From Podarcis bocagei (taxonomy: Eukaryota), in NCBI GenBank assembly GCA_964188305.1, contig OZ076895.1: a stretch of DNA of 64,000 nucleotides; one strand, given 5' to 3'. Positions 26,101 to 37,900 of the stretch are shown piece by piece (within the stretch, counting starts at the first letter, position 1; the number at the start of each line of letters is the position of its first letter). The position numbers and the translations under genes were made by a program. Below the pieces are notes generated by a model. That model was not told the origin of the DNA. It saw only the letters and a program-made list of their open reading frames with translations, and ran no database searches.

Positions 26101-29100
26101 AGGAAACTCACTTTGTCTGCACATGAAATGCTCACTCAGAAGCACACTCTCTCTAGACGTACTGCAAGGATAATTAAATATATATGAAAAAATATAGGCA
26201 AAAATATGTTACTGATAATACCTGGTATGGGAGATAAATTTCCCCCCACACACACACACACACAAAAAAGATTCTGGACTGGAGCACTGCCAAGCCCTGG
26301 CTCAGATTAAACCTTCACACAGATTTACAAATTAAGCCTTCTTTTTATTCCACTTATTCATGTAACTGCTTTGAAATACCAAGAAACTGTTTAGTTGGAT
26401 TAAAACAACAGCTGTAAGAGGTCCTGATTATGAAGAATGCAAACAAATACAGAAGCAAGGATGCATGATATTGTCAAATAATGCAGTGAAAACATTTTGA
26501 AGTACTAGCATCTAATATCAAAATAAATAACTCTTATTTATGCAGGGACAAATCCTGGTGAATGGCAAACCTATAGAAGATGCAGACATTGCTGCAAAAA
26601 ATGGCCGAATTTACACATTTTCTGGTGTTCTCATACCACCTTCCATAATCCCAATTCTGCCCCACAGATGTGATGAAGAGAGAATTGAGATTAAGATGGT
26701 AAGACTCTTCATAACAAAACAGTAAAAGGCAGTATCTAATAACTGCTCTAGCAGAGCTAGTCAATGGATGTTGTTGCACTCCATCTCCCATCAGCCCTAG
26801 GCAGCATAGCCAATGGAGAGGGATGATGGGAGTTGTAGTCCAGCAAATATATGGAGGGCACCATGTTGGCTACCCCTGATGTATAGAATTCCTTTGCACC
26901 TAATTCCCAGTCCATGCCAGCCCAACAGAGGGAGCTAATTGGCCTACATATTCCTTTCTGCAAACACAGGAGCCCTTTGTGATAATTGGAACTCACGTAA
27001 AAACCTACCGGTAATTCTACTTTGTGAGGCAAAACTGTACCTTCATAAACTATAATTGTTCCGTTTGTTTCAGGGTACCTGTGGAAAATGCCCAGCACTA
27101 CACAGGAATAGTTGTCCAGAAAATTCAAAACCTGTTGTAAGTAAACTTATTATCTGTCCAATCACCAAATAAATTTATAAACAACAAAAGATTTCCTTCT
27201 ACATGCATTTCGGTAAAATGTATTAACAGCATTTGTGTTATTATAAAAAGAATAAAAACAAGCAGCGTATTATGAATGCAATCTGCTCTCCAGCAAAATT
27301 AACATCATTGTTTGCTTTCCATAGAGCACAGTGTTGGTTATGGGTGGTTTGTTTTAATGTGTGGATATTTTTTTTAATACTCTAGGCTTTCACAAGGAAT
27401 CGATGCATTTACCACGAACAGACCTTTCTCAGATATGGGTGTGCTAAATACTGCAATGTAACAAAAAAGGTGAGAGATGCAAATGACATTTCTGTTCTTA
27501 GCTTCCTATAAAACTGCTGATAGCACCAGCAACTACTTACTACTGTACAACAGTGGTCTACATGACATTTTGCCACAACTAATAGAACATCTTCAATTTT
27601 TTTGTATTCGCTTCTTGAAGACTTAGGTAATAAAGCACATAAAAACCCCCAGACATCATGCATACAAAAACATTCTGAGTATATACGGTATCTATTTTCA
27701 CAAATGCGTCTAGTGAGTACAACAGCAGGACAGATCCAGGAGCCATTATGGAGCCATTAAGGAGACCCAAGAGCAGTAGCAAAAAGCATTAGGGAAGACC
27801 ATAGCAAAGACTGTATCTCAGTTGTAGGGCATCTAGCTTGCATGCAGAATGACCCAGGTTCAATCCCCAACAGTTCCAGGTAGNNNNNNNNNNNNNNNNN
27901 NNNNNNNNNNNNNNNNNNNNNNNNNNNNNNNNNNNNNNNNNNNNNNNNNNNNNNNNNNNNNNNNNNNNNNNNNNNNNNNNNNNNNNNNNNNNNNNNNNNN
28001 NNNNNNNNNNNNNNNNNNNNNNNNNNNNNNNNNNNNNNNNNNNNNNNNNNNNNNNNNNNNNNNNNNNNNNNNNNNNNNNNNNNNNNNNNNTTTATACTTC
28101 CCCAGCCACTCTGGGCAGCTTCCAACAAAATATTAAAATACCGTAATGCATCAAACATTAAAAGCTTCCCTAAACAGGGCTGCCTTCAGATGTCTTAAAC
28201 CTTGGAGAGCTGCTGCCAGTCAGTGTGGGCTGAGGTTGATGGACCATTGGCCTGGCACAGCAGCTGGCTGTGTTCCTATGCAGTAGGCAAGAGAAAGCTA
28301 ATACAGCACAAGAAAGGTATAGCAGATATTACAAACAGTGCTACAACCTTCTTGTACTCTCAATGAATGCCCAGGCCTGTTCAAAGCTTGCCTGGAGCCC
28401 AGGGTGGCTGGGAGACACGGAGCATTCTTGGCATGACAGTGTGAATCTGGCAGGCCTCCGGTGGTGGCCCCCAGCTGGCTTAGTCCTCCAATGCCTGGGG
28501 CAAGTGTACCCAGCTCACACCTCCCCCAATCTGCATGGGCTTGCTCTTAAGAAATTTGTGTGCTGCTCCTTTTTCTTTTGTCATGAGGAAATGTTTGCTT
28601 ATTTTGCAGGAGCCAAAGTGTTGCAAAGGATTCTTTGGCCCAGATTGCAGTCAGTGCCCTGGTGGCTTTTCCAATCCCTGCTCAGGAAATGGACAGGTAA
28701 AAGAAACAAATATTTTCAGTGTCAACCGGTCTCCATTTGCTTTGCTGAAGTCTAGTAAATAGGCATATGAAACCGTTTGGTTTTGTTGAGATGTCAGTTG
28801 ACTTTGGCGTTTTTCAGCATACCTGCTTGATTCATGACAGGGTCAGTTTTCATGTAGGGCATGAGGTGTTGCATGAAAAAATGCCCACACCAAAAGGAAA
28901 ACTGAATGCATAGTAGTGATGCTTCACCATCTGCATCATGCACCAAAGTAAATTTATATCACTTCATGTATCACAAGCTGAGGACCGTAAGTAAGCTCAC
29001 ATTCTTAGCATCATAGAATAGGCTATGTTGTGCACCCTGGACCACTGTTCAAAATGTCTAGCTTTTAAACCTCAGGTTAATGGAGTGAGGGGTTGGATCA

Positions 29101-30708
29101 CACAGTGAGGGCTAATGGAGCACTGCCCCACCAACCTCACTTTGCCCCTAGTCAGACCCCATCTGTCTGCTTCTTACTAACAAATAGTCAGAGGCGTTGA
29201 AAGTAAAACAGCAGGGAACATTCAGTTTGTAAATTAAGCGATAATTCTGTTAGTGGTATAGTAAAAAACCAAGTGGGAGATGGGTGGAGGTGTTGCTTAC
29301 CAACCAGGAAGAATGGCATGATGTTTGCTGAGGTAGCAAGTATTCTGATCGGCTATGTAACCCTGTGAGAGTTTCTCCTCTGTATGTTTGGTTGACTGTC
29401 TCCCTGCTATGTGTAAGGCATGAACTGAGAAATACAAAGCATCTCTGTTCCTTTCTTCTCAAATGATACACTGTTTTGTTTAGTTCTTATCAGTAGATTG
29501 CTTTTCTCTTTGGACTCCATCTGGGTGTTTAAAGTGGCTCTGGAAATGACAGAGGGAACTGGCACCTTGTAGGAAGGTGTAAGACACATTTTCCCAACAG
29601 AAATACCATTCTGATATATTTACATGTGAATTTCAATGTATAATTTCAAATATGTTTGTTCCACTTTGCAGTGTATGGATGGCATGAAAGGGAATGGAAC
29701 TTGTGTTTGTGATAGGAAATTTGAAGGATCACATTGCCAGTTCTGTTCAAACCCAAACAAATATGGACCACACTGTGACAAAAGTAAGCACCGCAGTTTC
29801 TCTCTTCCCTGGATATTTAAAGCCTTAGTCAAATTTCATGGCAAAGAAAGCCTTTGACCTGAAGACAAGCACTTCTGAGTTCCACAAACTCCTGCCTGAT
29901 GTGCTCCCTGTGCAGCTGAACTGAGAGGTCCTTAGTTCTTTGTGCCCAGGGGAAAGCATCAGTGAGGGGCCTGGCTCAGTTTCTATGGGCCTGGTACTGT
30001 GGGATCTTGTTCAGTGGGATCTTGCCTGCCAGCCTCTAGTTCACAGATAGGGATGAATGGATCTGTCATTTTCATTTCTCTCAGTTTCTCATTTTTCCAA
30101 TCTTAGATTCAGTTGTCCGTTAAAAAAAAAAGATTCTCATGGCAATTCATCAGCATTTTAGTGTGATTTTCTTTTGTTAAACAAATTTTTTGTATGCAAT
30201 TTTGCCTAATGTACACATTTTTGCAAACCAATTTTCCTTAATATAATACATTTTTGTCTGTTATATATGCATTTCATGCACGCTTTAGTATGTGCATTTT
30301 TGTACACATTACTTGGCTGGAAAACTGCATCACAAAGTTCAACGAAGTGTGAATTTTGAAGGGCACCTGAGTTTCAGTTTGCATGTGGTTTTAGAAAGTG
30401 TGGATTTGTAGATTTACCTTTAACTGTTAACAGTCTAATTTTTGCCCCATCACTGCCCATGATCACCAGCGTCAGAGCCAAGTCCAGGTACCCAGTCCAG
30501 TTTCTTAACTGATAACACAGTAGCCTCTGACTTGGTGTCTTGGTCACTCCTGGCATCTGGGGTCATGACAATTAGAATATTCTAACAGTCTCTTCTAATT
30601 TTATTTCATTGTTTATTGCTAAAAAAAAGAAAAATGGGAAAATGAAAGACCAGCTGAGATTTTATTTGCAACAACAGCACATATGTTACCTTTTTTAAAT
30701 GGGCCTGA

Positions 30709-30747
<39 letters not shown>

Positions 30748-31938
30748 TCCTCTCACTGACATTTATTTCCCCCATCCTTCCACAGAATGTATGTGTGTTT
30801 ATGGTAAGTGTGACAACCAAATAGACAGTGATGGGATCTGCCTTGCTGGTTCATGCAAAAGTGGATATGCTGGAAAATTATGTGACACACAGGTGTTTCC
30901 ATGCGGGACTTTTCTTCAGTTCTGCCATGCACACGCCGATTGCCAGTTTACCAATGGTGCTATGAGGTAGGTCCATTATACCGATCATTTTTATACCACT
31001 CGGGGAACTATAAGGAGTATGTGTCGGCACACATCTCCCCACCTGTCATCCTCTATGTGAGTGAATGTGGTGCATTCTGCATCTTCCTGGCCTCAACTGT
31101 CCCTGTTGGTTTGCCAATTCATTTTTATAAATGCTCTGAGTAAAACAAATTTGAATACCACCCGCCCCTTTCCAGTTGAACTACTTAAGATTTTTAACTG
31201 GAGAATCAATCAAGGGCCGTCACTGGTGACAGAACATGTGCTTCACACATACAGACAGGCCAGGATTCAAATGGAACCTACAGTTAAAGAATATTCGGCA
31301 GCAGTGGCAAAGCATTTGCCTTGCATGCAGAAAATACCAGGTTCAATCCCTGGCATAGCCAATCTGCAACTTTAGAGATACCTGAAGGAGCGTCTCCAAC
31401 CCCATCGTTCAGCCCGGACACTGAGGTCCCACTCCGAGGGCCTTCTGGTGGTTCCCTCACTGCGAGAAGTGAGGTTACAGGGAGCCAGGCAGAGGGCCTT
31501 CTCGGTAGTGGCACCCTCCCTGTGGAACGCCCTCCCATCAGATGTCAAGGAAATAAACAACTACAGTGGTACCTCGGGTTACATACACTTCAGGTTACAT
31601 ACGCTTCAGGTTACAGACTCCGCTAACCCAGAAATAGTACCTCGGGTTAAGAACTTTGCTTCAGGATGAGAACAGAAATCGTTCTCCGGCGGCCCAGCAG
31701 CAGCAAGAGGCCCCATGAGCTAAAGTGGTGCTTCAGGTTAAGAACAGTTTCAGGTTAAGAACGGACCTCCGGAACGAATTAAGTACTTAACCTGAGGTAC
31801 CACTGTATCTGACTTTTAGCAGACATCTGAAGTCAGCCTTGTTTAGGGAAGTTTTTAATGTTTGATGTTTTATCATGTTTTTAATATTCTGTTGGGAGCC
31901 GCCCAGAGTGGCTGGGGAAACCCAGCCAGATGGACAGG

Positions 31939-31977
<39 letters not shown>

Positions 31978-34900
31978 AATTATTACCAGTATATTAGAGA
32001 GCCACTGTCTGTCAGCGTAGGCAATACTGAGCTAGATGGACCACTGCTCTGACTCAATATAAGGCAGCTTCCAGTGTTTCTAGGGTTAGGAAAGATCTCT
32101 GCCTGTGGTCATACAGATCTGCTGCCCGTTGTGATAGAAACATAATTTTGGCTTCGTTTTACAACTGTCACGACTATTAATTTCACATGCTTTGATGCAA
32201 ATTTTAGCTGCATTTGTAAGCCAGGATACGAAGGAGATGGAATAATTTGCAGCGAAGTAGATCCTTGTGCTAATTTAATTCCACACAGCTGCAATGCTAA
32301 TGTAAGTACAAAATTCCTTGGCATATCTTAACATATTTAAATTCTGAGTTTAATTATCCAAATTAAGAACATCTCTCATAAGTAAATGTCTTTCCCAGAT
32401 AAACTGCTACCCAGTTGGTCCATTGACCAAACAGGTTTCATATTATGTTCTAAAAATAAATGTGCTAAATTGTAAGTGAAATGTTGATGAAGTCTTTGCA
32501 TTTATCACTACAGAAATACAGTGGTGCCCCGCAAGACGAATGCCTCGCAAGACTTTTTGAGTCGTTCCGCAAGACGAATTTCCCTATGGGCTTGCTTCGC
32601 AAGATGAAATGTCTTGCGAGTTCTTGCGAGTTTGTTTCCTTTTTCTTAAAGCCGCTAAGCCGTTAATAGCCGCTAAGCCATTAATAGCCGCTAAGCCGCT
32701 AATAGCCGCTAAGCCGCTAATAGCTGTGCTTTGCAAGACGAAAAAACCGCAAGACGAAGAGACTAGCGGAACGGATTAATTTCGTCTTGTGAGGCACCAC
32801 TGTAATTAGATTTAGGCCGCAGAAATTGTGGGTGAAATATTCACCTGTCCACATTGGTCTATATTACTAAAATAAACATGCAGAATCCTCCCCTGAACTC
32901 TGTCCTTCCCACATTACAATGCACAGGCTGTAACTCTGATATGTCCTATACCTGCAGGCAGAATGTGTTAAGACTGGCCCTGGGACCCATGAGTGTGTGT
33001 GCCAGCCAGGATGGACAGGAAATGGCAAAGACTGTTCAGAAATCAACAACTGCCTGTTGCCAAATTTTGGAGGCTGTCATAGTAATGCTACTTGCCTATA
33101 TATAGGTCCTGGTCAGGTGAGTTAAAACTGCCTCTTCCTTAACTTCTGCACTGTGCGAATCTTCTGTAATCTTTCTCTATGTGGTAGCAACAGCAACGGC
33201 AGCCAATGAGCTCAATAGTTAATAAACTTGTTCTTGAGTTTTGCGGTAATAATGCAATCCATTGACATGCAGTTATTAGCTCGTTCATTAGCGCATATAT
33301 TCAATGCCGTCCTGCCACTGTGGCCACCACTTCCTCCACCACCCCACCTGCCACTGCTGTTGCCACCGCTGCCTCCACTACTCACTCTGCTGCTGCCACC
33401 ATGCCCCCTCCTGCATCTGGTGCTGACGGAGAAGCAGTGACACCATCGGCACCAGTTTCTGGCAAGATTGCACCTATCTGGAGGGAGATCTTGCACAGAT
33501 CTCGCCCCAGATCGGGGCCAATGTTGGGTCCACTTCTCCAGCACTAGAGGAAGTGGTGGGGCAGGTGGGGCACCCGCAGGGTGCTGCCTCAGGCGCTTCT
33601 GCTACCTAAGGCAGAGGCCTCACCCTGCCTAATGGCTGGGTTGGCCCTGATATTTTTATTTTAGTGGAATCTCGGTTTTCAAACATAATCCATTCTGGAA
33701 GTCCGTTTGACTTCCAAAACATTCAAAAACCAAGGATCAAAGGGCTGCCAGCAAGTTCGATGGGGAAAATTGAGAAACACACCTCGGAAGCCGCTTGACT
33801 TCTGAGGCGTGTTCAAAAACAGAAACACCTCTGGGTTTTCAGCATTCACCTTCCAAAATGTTCTGCAGCCGAGATGTTCAAAAACCATGACTCATGGCTA
33901 TTATTCTTCATTCTGATTCCCCAAGCTTCCGGTTGCCAAATTGTTTACTGAGCCTGTCTTTAACATCACATTTGTTAGGTTGTTAAAAGTAATCTTAAAC
34001 CATCAAGTGTTTTTTAAACACACAATCCAGAAATCAACCAAGCCCATAGATTCATTGACAATAAATAATTTGCAAACACCATACTCAAGGGGACCAGGTG
34101 GATCTCTTGGGGAAGGATGTTCCAGAATTGGTGAGTTACTATGCCCTGATTCTCACATACCCACCAACCTGGCATCTGACAGTGGCCAAACAGAGACAAG
34201 GAGCTGCCCTGATTGCCTGAGTGCACAGAAAGCTCACGGGGGATGTGGTGGTTGTTTAGGTACCCTGGTTCTAAACTGTCTAGGATTTTAAAGATGATGC
34301 CCAGAGTTGACTTCAAGCATCATCTACTGAACAGGCACTATTGCACTTTATGTTAGGTTAGGTTATTTATTAAATTTTTATCCCATCCTTCCACCCAAAG
34401 GAGCCTAGCATGGCTTCATTTTAAACTTTTATTGACAGAGGTTGCATAGGAGTGAACAGTTCAAGTGAATAATTTTATTTCATATTCCCCCTGCAATACA
34501 GAATGATTGTGAATGTAAGGAGGGATTTCGAGGAAATGGATATGAATGTGAACTGATAAACTCTTGTTCAGAACAAAATGGAAAGTGCCATCCACTGGTG
34601 AGTAATTCACTTTACAAAATCTTCCAAGCTCTGCAAAGGTTTTTATAATAAAGATATACTAAAATAAGCATTATATTATTTTTCAGAGAATCACTAACAT
34701 TTTACTCTCAATGGGTCTAACTTTGAGGCTCTCTAGTCCTTACAACTTAATTAAATTTTGTGTTTTAGCATCAGTATAGTAGATTTTGGGATGCTAATTA
34801 TTGTCAAACAATTCACTCTCAGCTCCAGCCGATTAGTAATACGGTGCTGTATCCTCAAGAACACACTTACTGTGTCCTGTGGGATCACAGTAATGAGGCT

Positions 34901-37900
34901 GCCAGTGGCTGTCACTTTAACCCTGGAGAACTTATATTAGTAAATTTTACACCTTAATTGAAATTATGCACCAGTAGTAGATAGGTAGCCGTGTTGGTCT
35001 GCCATAGTCAAAATAAAAAAATTCCTTCCAGTAGCACCTTAAAGACCAACTAAGTTAGTTCTTGGTATGAGCTTTCGTGTGCATGCACACTTCTTCAGAT
35101 ACACTGAAACAGAAGTTGCCAGATCCTTCTATATAGTGAGAAGGTGGGGAGGGGTGTTACTCAGAAGGGTGGTGGGAATGGGAGATAGGCAGATAGCTGA
35201 GAGAGCCTCTTGACGACTCTTAACGACTGTAATAGGTCTTACAGGAAAAGGCAAGGGGTGGGAAGGTGAGAAATGGTTTAGTTATGTATAGTGAGATAAG
35301 AATCCAATGTCTTTGTTCAGCCCAGGTCTTTTCATGGTTTTAAGTTTGGTGATGAGTTGTAATTCAGCAGCTTCTCTTTCCAGTCTATTTCTGAAATTCC
35401 CAGGGATGATGGGAGTTGTAGTCCAGCAACTTAGGTAGGGCCACAGATTCCCCACCACTGGTTTAGAGTAAAAATTTCACAACCAACAATGCACTCTGTT
35501 GAAGGCCTCATTGCTCCTCATTCTTTTTAGAGAGGCATACTTTTTCAAGCAAACAGGTAGTCATTCTACACCTGCCATTTAACATGGTAGATTCATATCT
35601 CAGTGTGCCCACCTCTTACATGACTGACAAATAGCCTCTTCAGATTGAGAATAAGCCTCATGTGATACAACGGTGCTGAACAGGGAAAGGGGAGAAAGTC
35701 AAGTCAGTTTGCATTTAAAGTCAAACCTATCACATTTGCATGTTCCAGAGAACAGAAACAAGGAACCCTTCAACATTTACAAAATTCAGATATTTTACAA
35801 TGCCTATGTTTACAAAAGTGCACACACATATATAGGGGTAAAATGTGCATTAAATGGGAATAGAAATGTGCATATTAATGAAAATATCATACAAGAATGC
35901 ATTGTATTAGGGAAAATGCTTACCAAAATGTAACATTAGTCAAAACTACATACAAACATATGTTTATTAGGAGAAATTTGCATTAAAATGCTGAAGGATG
36001 AGGATTTAAAGAAAACTAAATTTCAAATTGCTTCAAAAATGTGGAGAACTGAATTTAAGACTGGAAAAATAAGCAACGGAGAGAACAGAAGCTGACAGAT
36101 CTTTCCATCTTTAATGCTGAACTTGCACTGGAGAGACTTGGGATCAATTTAGGACTAACAAATTCTCCATGGTTTGATATCAGATTGGGTTTGGTCAAAG
36201 CAAGCTATATTCTAAACAAAACATTCAGGAGCATGATGTGGTCTAGATGCCTCCTGCCAACTCTGCAAACCACACAAGTCCTTGAACTCTGCCTCACCAC
36301 CTCCCCTTCTTATTTATCAAGTGGCAATAGAAAAGTCTCACTTAAAATTTATCTGACAGGTCACCTCCCTCTCTGGCACTTTGTACAGAGGTATTACCAA
36401 TATAGGATGAATGCCACATTTGCAGTAGCCCTAAATTAACAACTGTTATCCAAAGAGCAGGGCAAACAAATAATTCACTGAGTACTTCTGTGCAGACACT
36501 GTTGAGACAAAACAGAACAGTGGCTTTCAAAACAGAGGCTGATTATTCCTCCCCTCCCAATCTTATAATAGAGCTCTAAGCATTAGCTGAATAATTCTTG
36601 CAACTAACACCTTAATTAGTGTATTTGAATTAAAAGGATTTACTTTACAGTGGCTTTGCTTCCCATGTAGATAACTGTACACTTGATGTTGATTAGTTGA
36701 TTTCACTGGCACTTAAGCAAAGGTCACCTCTAAATATCTTTTTTTTAGTATTGATCTTGATTTTCTTGCACAAAGCTTATGCAGAGGTTATGTTTACTGA
36801 ACATTTGTTCCAACTTGTTTGTGGCCAGTTACACAACAATGAACATTAGTTTGCATTTATTCTGATTTGTTTGTTGGGTGTTGGTCTTCCTGGTATTAAT
36901 TTGTTTGTCACACACTTTTCAATGCATTTCCTCATCACTTTCCAAACTGCAAAATGCCAGGTTCTTCTTTAAAGTGAATCTGTTGCACTAGAGTGACAGA
37001 ATTGTTTAGCCCACTGTAACAATGCAAAACTAAAGTTCCAGTATGCACTTGAATCCTTCCTGCAAAACAGTCTGGAAACACCCGAAAGTATACTTTTAAG
37101 TATTTGTTCAGAAGAAATGCATTCGGGAATTAGGGCCCCACCAGTTATGTAAGCGCACAAACCTTTCATGCTGCAAAACCATATTGCATTGGGAAGAATA
37201 CACAGGTGGCTAGGTGTTTGATTATTTTTTCCCTGTTCTAACAGGCTGTTTGTCAGTTCACATCTTCTGGAGTCTGGGAATGTGTGTGTACGAAGGGCTA
37301 TGAGGGAGACGGCAGCATATGCTATGGAAATGCAGCGGAGGTGCGTAGGAATCTAACACTTGCCTAAATGATTATGACCAATATCTCAGCTTCTACATTA
37401 CAAATGTCACCATGTAACAGAGGCACCTGGCACAAATACCCCTTCTTAGAGGAAGTTTATACGCACTGTTTTTATGCTTTATTTGCCAGGAAACAGTATC
37501 ATGTCAATTAATGGGCAAGGTGATATAATTAAATAAAATTGCCTTTATCATAGCTAAAGTACATGCAATACATCCTAAAAATGAATACAACCAGCACCAC
37601 AATAGGTATAGCTGTTTTCAATAACTACCATGTTAACTCACATATACAGTGGTACCCCGCAAGACGAATGCCTCGCTAAACGAAAAACCCGCAAGACGAA
37701 AGGGTTTTCCGATTTTTAGAGGCTTCGCAAGACGAATTTCCCTATGGGCTTGCTTCGCAAGACGAAAGCCCATAGGGAAATCTCCTGGGACAGCGGGGAA
37801 GCGCAGCGCACCTTCTCCTCTGTTCCCAGACCTGTCCTGAAGGCTTGTGGTGGGAGGTCCGGGAACAGAGGAGAAGGCGCGCAGCGCTTCGCCTCTGTTC

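Noticed and set aside
27884-28090. Hidden exon in the N gap
   Set aside because: The flanking exons join in frame with the expected sequence, and the gap lies within SINE/L2 repeats.
33212-33547. Pro/Thr/Gly-rich ORFs
   Set aside because: Low-complexity CCA/CTG-rich intronic sequence next to a degraded CAGGGCC-type DNA-transposon end; no splice or homology support.
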